Assembly: GCA_030445745.1 (NCBI GenBank)
Contig: JASUTE010000002.1
Span: forward strand, 30,859-94,858
Origin: Candidatus Cloacimonadota bacterium
Lineage (GTDB): Bacteria > Cloacimonadota > Cloacimonadia > Cloacimonadales > TCS61
DNA length: 64,000 bases
Direction: 5' to 3'
Shown here: one piece after another, positions 41,348 to 48,843 of the stretch
Layout: every line of letters starts with the position of its first letter
Numbering within the stretch: position 1 is the first letter of the stretch
Made by a program: the position numbers and the translations under genes
The notes under the pieces: generated by a model
What the model was told of the DNA's origin: nothing
Database searches by the model: none
The model's input: the letters and a program-made list of their open reading frames with translations, nothing else

Positions 41348-42772
41348 ATGACTTTAGAAGAGATCAAAAGAGTTATTCAGGAAGAGCAGATAACAAGTGT
41401 AGACTTGAAATACTGCGATTTAATGTGTAACTGGTATCACATCACTTTTCCTGCTCGCCGGTTGGAATATGTTCTAAAAAAAGGTATTCCTTTCGATGGC
41501 TCTAGTATTCCCGGGCTAAAAGCGGTGGAAGCTGGCGATATGGTGCTGCTGCCCGATATTAGCACTGCTATTATCGATCCTTTCAAAGAAAATAAGCAAA
41601 TTAGAATGTTGTGTTACATTTGCGATGCCGACACTCGTATAGGTGTGAAAAAAGACCCGCGCAGTGTGGCCCAAAGAGCTAGAACATATATGGAAAAAAC
41701 CGGAATTGCCGATGAATCTTATTGGATACCGGAATTTGAATTCTACCTTTTCAATGAAGCCGAGATCCATAACGGAAAATTCTCTGCTGGCTACAAGTTT
41801 ACCTCTTCCGAAAATAAGGAAGACCTGCCCTTTGGCTACAAAGATATCGATGGTACTGCTGTGGCAAATAGGAAGGGTTATCATATCGATGTTCCCTTCG
41901 ATAAACATGCTCATGTGCGCGAAGATATGGTAAAAATGATCGAAGATATCGGTTGTAAAGTTCGTTATCATCACCATGAAGTTGGTCTTTCTTCGCAACA
42001 GGAAATAGAAACTGAATTAACAGAATTTTCCGACATAAAAGATAAAATGATGTACATTAAAGATATTGTGCATAACCTAGCCTTGGAATATGGCCTTACC
42101 GCTACTTTTATGCCGAAACCACTTTACGACGAAGCCGGCAACGGCATGCACTTTCATATTCAATTGCGCAAAAATGGCAAAAATGTTTTTTATGAAGAGG
42201 GAAAATATGCCGATTTAAGCGATAAAGCGCTTTATTTTATCGGCGGTATCCTAAAACACGGACGTTCACTAACTGCTTTCACTAATCCTAGCACCAACTC
42301 CTTCAAGCGTCTGCTTCCCGGTTTTGAAGCGCCAGTGAAACTCTTCTTTGGCCTAGCTAACCGCAGTGCAGCAATCCGAATTCCCAAATATGCCACAAGC
42401 GAAGAAAGTAAGCGTATCGAATTCCGAACCGGAGATGCAACCTGTAACTACTACCTGGCGATGAGCGCTCTTTTGATGGCAGGCTTAGATGGAATTAGAA
42501 ACAAAATAATGCCAACCCCGGAAAATGGCTATGGTCCATTCGACGACAATGTTTTTGCCTGGTCGGAAGAGGAACAGAAGAAGTTGAATTCTATTCCTAC
42601 CAGTTTGGAAGAAGCTCTGCAAGCTCTTCAGGAAGACCATGAATACCTGCTACAGGGCGAAGTTTTTAACGAAGAACTTATTCAAAGTTTCATTAAAGAA
42701 AAGATGAAAGAAGTTATTGCAGTTAACAATCGTCCTCATCCTTTCGAAATGAACCTTTACTATGCACTATAG
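41348..42772 (+). CDS. glnA: Glutamine synthetase
   Basis: 474 aa. GNGMHFHIQL, NSFKRLLPGFEAP and RIEFRTGD. Confidence 0.93.
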   Translation: MTLEEIKRVIQEEQITSVDLKYCDLMCNWYHITFPARRLEYVLKKGIPFDGSSIPGLKAVEAGDMVLLPDISTAIIDPFKENKQIRMLCYICDADTRIGVKKDPRSVAQRARTYMEKTGIADESYWIPEFEFYLFNEAEIHNGKFSAGYKFTSSENKEDLPFGYKDIDGTAVANRKGYHIDVPFDKHAHVREDMVKMIEDIGCKVRYHHHEVGLSSQQEIETELTEFSDIKDKMMYIKDIVHNLALEYGLTATFMPKPLYDEAGNGMHFHIQLRKNGKNVFYEEGKYADLSDKALYFIGGILKHGRSLTAFTNPSTNSFKRLLPGFEAPVKLFFGLANRSAAIRIPKYATSEESKRIEFRTGDATCNYYLAMSALLMAGLDGIRNKIMPTPENGYGPFDDNVFAWSEEEQKKLNSIPTSLEEALQALQEDHEYLLQGEVFNEELIQSFIKEKMKEVIAVNNRPHPFEMNLYYAL

Positions 42773-42815
42773 ATAGAGCTGCAGTCTGCAACTAAGCGAG
42801 CTGTATTTTTTTTGT

Positions 42816-43850
42816 ATGAGTGAAAAAAAGATAAATTTTGCTATCGATGTGGGTGGAACCCACAGTCGGGTTGCCGCTCAGCTTTTTGCTGGCGATAGGT
42901 TGGAACGAACCTTTCCTGTGGTTAAAAGAGCTATTTGCAGCAAAGGCGAATTACGCGATCTGGTTTTAACGCAGCTGCAAAAATATTCCTACCCTATTGG
43001 TTATGTGGTAGTTGGTTTTGCCGGCGCTGTGCTGAACCACAAAAAAGTGGATATTACCAACTGGATCTGCTCGCCTACTATTTCCAAACAAGATCTAGCC
43101 AACTGGGGCTTGCCGGAAGATAGAATTTTGTTCGTGAACGATATGGAGCTAGCCTCGTTTGGAATTTTGGCATTGCAACAAGCTGGTGAATTGAATTTAA
43201 AAGATACTGCAGCTTTGTACACTCCTGCCCAAAAAGCAGAAAATTACTTCCAGAATATGCTGATAATTGCTCCTGGAACTGGTTTGGGAACAGCTTCGGT
43301 GGTGTATACCGAAAAAAAGATGGAAGTTATTCCTTCCGAAATACAACATATGCAGGTGCCAGCGCTGGATTTGCAGCATCAGAGCATTATAGAAATTATG
43401 TTGGAAAGGGAACCAACAAAAAAATATATTAGCTTCGAAGATATGGTGTGCGGCAGGGGGTTACAAAATATTTACAGTGCTATTTGCGAATTGGAAGATA
43501 AACCAGTTTCGTTGAGTGCTGCTGCTGTTGCTCGTAAAGCTATCTATGAAGAAGATGAAAAAGCTAAAACAGCCTTGAACTACTTCTACCGTTGTGCCGG
43601 CAGAGTAGCACAAGCTTTGGCACTGTGTATGCAGCCCTACCGCGGTATTTTTCTCTGCGGAGATACCACCATTGCCAATCGAGAGTTTATTCCTAACAGC
43701 GATTTTGTGAAGGAACTGCACAACTGCCCCGTGCGCCATAAACTGTTGAACCAATTCCCTGTTTATATGGTCACAGATCCGCAAATAAACATCAAAGGCG
43801 GCTGGTGGGCTGCCAAAAATTTAAATGCACTACGAGAGTATAAAAGATAA
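42816..43850 (+). CDS. glk: Glucokinase
   Basis: 344 aa. The ATP-binding start AIDVGGTHSRVA and IAPGTGLG fit the Glk family. Confidence 0.75.
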   Translation: MSEKKINFAIDVGGTHSRVAAQLFAGDRLERTFPVVKRAICSKGELRDLVLTQLQKYSYPIGYVVVGFAGAVLNHKKVDITNWICSPTISKQDLANWGLPEDRILFVNDMELASFGILALQQAGELNLKDTAALYTPAQKAENYFQNMLIIAPGTGLGTASVVYTEKKMEVIPSEIQHMQVPALDLQHQSIIEIMLEREPTKKYISFEDMVCGRGLQNIYSAICELEDKPVSLSAAAVARKAIYEEDEKAKTALNYFYRCAGRVAQALALCMQPYRGIFLCGDTTIANREFIPNSDFVKELHNCPVRHKLLNQFPVYMVTDPQINIKGGWWAAKNLNALREYKR

Positions 43851-44604
43851 ATTTGCCAGAGCTATTACAGGTTCTGCATTTTTAAGAAAAATGTTCTATC
43901 TGGCTCTGGATATGCTTTTTCTGCGCCAATGGTACATAAAAAAAGAGATCAAGCGCAATTTTTCCCCAAAAAACAAATTGAAATTTTATGATGCCGGAGC
44001 AGGGTTTGGTCAATATTCCTGGTTTGTGCTGCAAAATTGGCCAGAAGCGCAGGTGCACGCAGTGGACTTAAAAGCGGATTACATGGATTCTTTTGTAAAA
44101 TTCGCCCAGCAGTACTTTCCAGATAAAATAAGCGCTAGGCAGGCCGATTTAACCGCTTACGTACCAGATCAACAATACGACCTGATAGTAGCCAGCGATA
44201 TTTTGGAACATATTGCCGATGACCGGCAGGTTTTAGCTAATTTTAGGAAGGCACTGAAACCAGGTGGGAAGCTAATAATTTCTACACCCAGCAATTTTGA
44301 TGAATCTGCTGAGTTCGTAGCCGAACATGTACGTCCGGGCTATAGCAAAGCCGAACTTACGGAAAAATTGCAAACAGCCGGGTTTAAAGTGAATAAGTTT
44401 ACCTTTTCCTATGGTTTTTGGGGGCATTTGTACTGGCTTTTATGCCTAAAATTTCCGCTTTCACTGGTGCAAAAGTTCAAACCTTTCCTGGTGCTGTTGC
44501 CAATTTACTATTTACCTGTTTATCCACTAGGTGCATTGTTCATGTTGTTGGATATGCTTAAAGATAACAAGCAGGGCACTGGCATTATTGTGGTGGCAGA
44601 GTAA
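43825..44604 (+). CDS. Class I SAM-dependent methyltransferase with hydrophobic C-terminal segment
   Basis: 259 aa. Motif I YDAGAGFGQY, and LKPGGKLII. The start is uncertain because it overlaps glk by 26 nt. Confidence 0.75.
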   Translation: MHYESIKDKFARAITGSAFLRKMFYLALDMLFLRQWYIKKEIKRNFSPKNKLKFYDAGAGFGQYSWFVLQNWPEAQVHAVDLKADYMDSFVKFAQQYFPDKISARQADLTAYVPDQQYDLIVASDILEHIADDRQVLANFRKALKPGGKLIISTPSNFDESAEFVAEHVRPGYSKAELTEKLQTAGFKVNKFTFSYGFWGHLYWLLCLKFPLSLVQKFKPFLVLLPIYYLPVYPLGALFMLLDMLKDNKQGTGIIVVAE

Positions 44605-44616
44605 GGTTAATTCTAA

Positions 44617-45025
44617 CAGACTTGCTTCGCAAAGTAATGTGAAGCGAGAATGACATAATCTGTTTCTATAGCTTACAAAAACATTGTCATTACGAGTTGT
44701 TCTTCTTGCAAAAACTTTTTCGAAGTAATCTATTTTTTAACATCAGGTTTAGTTACAGATTTATGCGCCGTAAGCAGATTGCTTCACCCATAAAGGGTTC
44801 GCAATGACGGTTTTTTTTGTCATTTCGACTGGAAGTAGCGAAGCTACTGGAATGGAGAAATCTCTCTTTCTCTTAAAACTCTTATGAGATCTCTCGACTT
44901 CACTTCGTTCCGCTCGAGGTGACAATTTAGTTCTCAAGAAACCCCTCTGCTCTGCTACGCAGAGCTCGCAGAGCTTCTCCCCTTAAAAAGGGGAGCAAAA
45001 AATGCTGTCATTCTGCCTGTCTAGC
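44617..45025 (+). repeat. Left long direct repeat (noncoding, hairpin-rich) bracketing the island
   Basis: Colinear with 51718-52167. It begins CAGACTTGCTTCGCAAAGTAATGTGAAGCGAGAATGACA. Internal modules include GTCATTACGAG, GCAATGACGG-T8-GTCATTTCGAC, GGAAGTAGCGAAGCTACTGG, CGAGGTGACAA and GTCATTCTGCC. Confidence 0.9.
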
Positions 45026-45450
45026 TGTTTTATCTCACCGTAGGCTTGGCTGAGGCGGAATGGGCTTGCAGCAAGGGGAAACTACAAATTGACCAGCCGT
45101 TTTAGCCGCCGTAGCTTCCATTCTCCGTAGCAGGATTACTTCGAAGGATAAATTGGCAAGTTAGAACAATCTAAATAATATACAATTCTGGAATGTTAAC
45201 TTAATTCTGTCCGTAAGGAGAGCTAATGCTAATTGAAATAAAGATTTACGATGGAATGATCTTCTATCAAGAGCAGAACAAAAGTAAATCTGGTTTGTTT
45301 GCGTCAATTTAAAAACCAAAAAAATAATTATTTTTATATTACCAAGAAATTAAATTTTTTTATTGACTAGAAACAGTTTTATTTGCAAAATATCTAAGTT
45401 AATATAAAGTGGTTTGAAAGATAGGTTATATCTTAACAGGGAGGGAAACT

Positions 45451-46500
45451 ATGAAAAAAATTATTATCATCTTATTAATTTTAAGTGCTACTATCTTAGT
45501 TGCAAATCCAATTCAACCATATGTGGATATAAAGGAACTACGTTTTACAGATTCCGGTTGGGAAATGGAATTATTTAGTGAATATATAGGAGAGGAAACT
45601 ACTACTTTGGACAGCTGTTTTATTGTTTGCAATGCAGGCAGCTCTTATGTTCAGTCCGGCATCGAGTATGAAATTGGCACTTTACTGGTAATAACTCAGG
45701 ATGATCTATTAACGCCACTTACCATCGATCCTGCCGGAGATGAAGTTAATTTATTTTTTTTAGAGAGTTATTCAAACCTAAATTTTGGAAGTTTGGAAGA
45801 TATGACGATGGCACCGACTGCAGGACAATCTCTGCAATCAGTTTGGGTATCTGAGTATCCAGGACCTTTTGGTTATCGTGTTTTTGCCAGAGATAATACA
45901 CCTTCCATAGGAGAGTGGGACGATGATACTGGCTATAGCGGCACATTCTGCGGACATGTTTATGATGCTAATATGAATCCAGTTGAAAATGTAGAGTTCG
46001 AGCTAACCCCAGATCATTATAATTTCCCAGATGTGGTAACGGATGAAGATGGTTATTTCGAGGCTGAACTATATTCTTTTAATTATAATTGCTACGTACA
46101 TTTGGCTGCTCTAGCGTCAATGGATACTCTTATCTCGGTTGCACCTGGTGAGGAAAATTATTATGAATTTGTATTTGAGGATTATGTTTATACAGATGAA
46201 GATGAAATTCCCCAGCCAGCTTCAAAATATCATCTTTCCAACTATCCCAATCCCTTTAACCCTACCACCGAAATTAGCTTTGTAGCTACAGCTAAGCAAG
46301 AAGATGCTAAAATAGTGATCTGTAATTCTCGCGGCCAAAAAATTAGAGAGCTGCAAATTTTTGTTAATAAAGGGGAAAACTCGGTGGTTTGGAATGGAAA
46401 CGATGACTCTGGTAAATCGGCTCCATCTGGTGTTTATCTTTATAAACTTGTTTCCCCAAATAAGGAACTAGCCACCAACAAAATGCTGCTGCTAAAATAG
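45451..46500 (+). CDS. Secreted protein with T9SS-type C-terminal sorting domain
   Basis: 349 aa with a signal peptide. Contains a CarboxypepD_reg-like segment (GHVYDANMNPVENVEFELT). C-terminus YPNPFNPTTEISF...GVYLYKL...KMLLLK. Confidence 0.6.
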   Translation: MKKIIIILLILSATILVANPIQPYVDIKELRFTDSGWEMELFSEYIGEETTTLDSCFIVCNAGSSYVQSGIEYEIGTLLVITQDDLLTPLTIDPAGDEVNLFFLESYSNLNFGSLEDMTMAPTAGQSLQSVWVSEYPGPFGYRVFARDNTPSIGEWDDDTGYSGTFCGHVYDANMNPVENVEFELTPDHYNFPDVVTDEDGYFEAELYSFNYNCYVHLAALASMDTLISVAPGEENYYEFVFEDYVYTDEDEIPQPASKYHLSNYPNPFNPTTEISFVATAKQEDAKIVICNSRGQKIRELQIFVNKGENSVVWNGNDDSGKSAPSGVYLYKLVSPNKELATNKMLLLK

Positions 46501-47067
46501 ATGCTAAAAGTAATTCTGCTTCTGCTTATTTCGTTCAGCCCTATTTATGCTGATGGCCTGCAATTCTTTCGGGAAGATATTACCTTTGAAATTAAGGATA
46601 ATTTCTTTATTGTAGACGGCTACTACTATTTCAAAAATAACAGTAATAACATTATCAAGGAACGTCTTTTCTATCCTTTTCCCCAAAAGGAAATTTATGG
46701 GGAAGTTGACCTGGTTTTTGCCGATGACTACAAGCATGAACAGCGTAACACCAAGCTACATATCCGGGGAAATGGTGCTTCCTTTATGGTAGAGGTGCAG
46801 CCGGATTCTATTAGCATTATGCATGTGGGCTACCGGCAAAAGATCATTTCGAATCAGGCAGAATATATTCTGGAAACTACCCAAAATTGGAAACAGTCTT
46901 TTCAGCAGGTTAATTATAGTTTGATCTTTCCCAAGAGTTACGCTTTAGATTCACTTTCTTATACACCAGATAGCTTGCAGACACAGGAAGAGAAATATAT
47001 TTTCTACTGGCATAAACAGGATTTTATGCCGCAGAGGAATTTTATAGTTAAATTTGGTAAGGAATAG
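46501..47067 (+). CDS. Hypothetical secreted protein
   Basis: 188 aa with a signal peptide. Its ATG abuts the upstream TAG stop, suggesting translational coupling. Confidence 0.4.
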   Translation: MLKVILLLLISFSPIYADGLQFFREDITFEIKDNFFIVDGYYYFKNNSNNIIKERLFYPFPQKEIYGEVDLVFADDYKHEQRNTKLHIRGNGASFMVEVQPDSISIMHVGYRQKIISNQAEYILETTQNWKQSFQQVNYSLIFPKSYALDSLSYTPDSLQTQEEKYIFYWHKQDFMPQRNFIVKFGKE

Positions 47068-47089
47068 GAGTTTTATTGGAAAAGAACAC

Positions 47090-47178
47090 GTCATTACGAG
47101 TTGTTCTTCTTGGATTAACCTTCGTGTTTAGCAAGTATAATTTCCCTCATTTCACATGGGAGTAATCTATTTTTTAAC
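47090..47178 (+). repeat. Truncated copy of the island repeat family
   Basis: GTCATTACGAGTTGTTCTTCTTG ... AGTAATCTATTTTTTAAC matches the two ends of the module at about 44686-44741, with a different filler between them. Confidence 0.7.
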
Positions 47179-47343
47179 TTTGGGTTGGCTTTTAATGAAA
47201 AAAATAACTAGTTCATTAACTACTTTTGAACTTACAGATTATTTAGTAATTTTTTGGCAAGATAATTTTTTTTAATTGACACCTCTTTTCCAATTAATTA
47301 TGTATCCAATATGAATTTAAACAGAATTAATGAAAAGAATTTA

Positions 47344-47399
47344 GGATATTATGAGGTTTGAATGTAAGGATATTATCACGCCTGTTGGCGGGATATTTT
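47344..47399 (+). repeat. Three direct repeats GGATATT(A/T)T spaced about 23-24 bp apart
   Basis: GGATATTAT at 47344 and 47368, and GGATATTTT at 47391. The last ends 4 nt before GTTGGGC (47403). Confidence 0.6.
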
Positions 47400-47403
47400 T
47401 AAG

Positions 47404-48095
47404 TTGGGCTAATACAAGGAGCAATCAGGAATGAAGAATTGGAAACCCATCAAGCTTGAAGAACTTTCTGGTGATACACAGAAAGTATACGACGTTCTCA
47501 ACACTGAGTCGGATCTGGCATGTGTGCTTATAGGGACAAGTTATCTTTCCGAATTGCTTGCGAATATGATCCAGGAAAGTTTCATAAAAAGCAACATATC
47601 TGGAAAACTTCTGGACCCTCGAGGTGGTTCGATTGGCCAATTCTCTACCAGGGCGGATCTTGCATACTGCTTAGGTCTTATCAAAAAAAGTATCTATCAA
47701 GATCTAAGCAAAATTGCTGTTATAAGAAACATGTTTGCACACAAACATGTTTCATTGGATTTCAATGATAATAATGTCAGAGACCGTTGCGGCGAATTGG
47801 AGGCGTGGCGTATTATGCAAGATAAAGATGCTGAAGAGATAGAAGAACCTTCACTTAAACAAATACACGATTTGACTCGGAATCAGTTCAATCTATCCGT
47901 AATCCTTATTGGTACACGGATTCATTTAGGTGTGTTAAGTAAAATTAACAGCCAAAATAAGAAATAAAAAGCCCAACAATGGCCTTGCACACCGAGCGGC
48001 CTTACGGCGCAGTTTTTTGAACTATAATTTTTATTGGGCTTTCTCTTTTTTTCGGCGGTTTTCGTTGCTCGCTGCCCGTCGGGTGACGGCCAGCG
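47404..48095 (+). mobile_element. Putative integron-type gene cassette carrying the HEPN gene
   Basis: It starts TTGGGC after a G (core GTTGGGC, 47403-47409). AAGGAG RBS at 47416-47421, ORF at 47431-47967. An attC-like palindrome begins with the complement GCCCAAC at 47971 and ends at the G of GTTATTT (48095). Confidence 0.5.
47431..47967 (+). CDS. HEPN-fold protein (MtlR/YggD-like) with Rx4H motif
   Basis: 178 aa, predicted all-helical. Motif IRNMFAH (R-x4-H) lies at the position typical of the HEPN active site, preceded by FSTRADLAYCLGLI. Confidence 0.55.
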   Translation: MKNWKPIKLEELSGDTQKVYDVLNTESDLACVLIGTSYLSELLANMIQESFIKSNISGKLLDPRGGSIGQFSTRADLAYCLGLIKKSIYQDLSKIAVIRNMFAHKHVSLDFNDNNVRDRCGELEAWRIMQDKDAEEIEEPSLKQIHDLTRNQFNLSVILIGTRIHLGVLSKINSQNKK

Positions 48096-48101
48096 TTATT
48101 T
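47971..48101 (+). other. attC-like imperfect palindrome (about 131 bp)
   Basis: R'' is GCCCAAC (fits RYYYAAC). The left arm AAC-AA-TGGCC-TTG-CAC-A-CCGA-G-CGG pairs with the right arm CCG-TCGG-GTG-AC-GGCCA-GC-GTT. Unpaired single bases A47991 and G47996 occur on one strand only. R' is GTTATTT (48095-48101). Confidence 0.5.
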
Positions 48102-48209
48102 TAAAAACTCGATAAGTAGAATCAAACTACTCTTTTGAGAATTATCTTTTTTTGTAATAATTTAAGACATTTCTCATGCTGCATTATTACATAGAGACTT
48201 GTGTGCTTA

Positions 48210-48620
48210 AAGCTAATTGCTTCACCCATAAAAGATCGCAAAGATAGTCACTCTGCTTGCCTAGTAGAAGCCTAGTGCGAAGGCGGAAAGTACTAGATAG
48301 GCAATAAAGCCCAGGACCTTTTTGATAAAACCGAGACCTCTCCACTTCGTTTCACTACGGTCGAGGTGACAAAGCTAATTTTTCCCTAGAGCCTCACAGT
48401 TTTTCTTTACTGTGGCAAGGTAAAACTACAACTTGTCTTGCCGTAGTGTAGCGAAGGCAGAAGTATCTAAATCTAAGCCATAGATCTCAGATGTTCTGTA
48501 GTATGTCTGCGTAAGAATTCCGCAACGTCCTGCGAGTAACCGAAGTTGGCGACCAACGGAAGCCAATTTGGGCGGAACGAAGCGTAGCCAGGTACTCGCT
48601 CTTAGGCACAGGCAAATCAT
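48210..48620 (+). repeat. Diverged colinear copy of the island repeat array
   Basis: It carries the same modules in the same order as the bracketing repeats, including ATTGCTTCACCCATAAAAGATCGCAAAGA and CGGTCGAGGTGACAAAG, plus GCCGTAGTGTAGCGAAGGCAG-type units. Sequence similarity is much lower than between the bracketing repeats. Confidence 0.6.
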
Positions 48621-48624
48621 TTTT

Positions 48625-48825
48625 CTAACCGCAACAACAATTACCTGAGTTAGTGCTCTTTTTATCCTGGCTTGTTATGTCTGGTTTTTTATCCACCTTA
48701 TCAGTATTCTCATTCTTATCATTATCATCGGGAACTTCTTCAAACTGGACGTTGCAACAGCCTCCTTTTTTTGGTTTTTCAGAAAACAATTTGCTTAAAA
48801 ATCCATTTTTCTTTTTTTCTGTCAT
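48625..48825 (-). CDS. Small Cys-cluster protein (GGCC ... GNCCCG C-terminus)
   Basis: 66 aa. A perfect SD (AAGGAGGAAG) lies 5 nt before the ATG, and the gene is 18 nt downstream of the permease stop. It has five Cys in two vicinal clusters and a charged low-complexity linker. Confidence 0.5.
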   Translation of the reverse strand: MTEKKKNGFLSKLFSEKPKKGGCCNVQFEEVPDDNDKNENTDKVDKKPDITSQDKKSTNSGNCCCG

Positions 48826-48843
48826 AACTTCCTCCTTTAGTAG

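Noticed and set aside
41516-41998. 160-aa minus-strand ORF inside glnA
   Set aside because: It is an antisense shadow ORF within a strongly conserved gene. No start context or recognisable domain.
42816-44604. glk and the methyltransferase look somewhat more GC-rich than their neighbours, raising the question of horizontal transfer as part of the island
   Set aside because: This is only an impression by eye, with no computed composition. Both genes are ordinary housekeeping types and lie outside the repeat-bounded block.
44611-45166. TTCTAAC (44611) and GTTAGAA (about 45160) considered as terminal inverted repeats of a MITE or as the two ends of one attC
   Set aside because: Only 7 bp are complementary and the ends are about 550 bp apart, far beyond attC size. 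No target-site duplication is visible. It is kept only as a remark within the repeat-family finding.
45226-45312. 28-codon ORF (MLIEIKIYDGMIFYQEQNKSKSGLFASI) with an AAGGAG SD upstream of the T9SS-cargo gene
   Set aside because: It is too short and AT-rich to distinguish from chance, and no family is recognised. Coordinates are approximate.
47971-48039. Shorter 69-bp reading of the attC-like element, pairing GCCCAACAA with TTATTGGGC
   Set aside because: Only the terminal ~12 bp pair, the interior has almost no complementarity, and the 3' box begins ATT instead of GTT. The 131-bp pairing with the 48075-48097 arm is much better. The short form might still be a fused relic.
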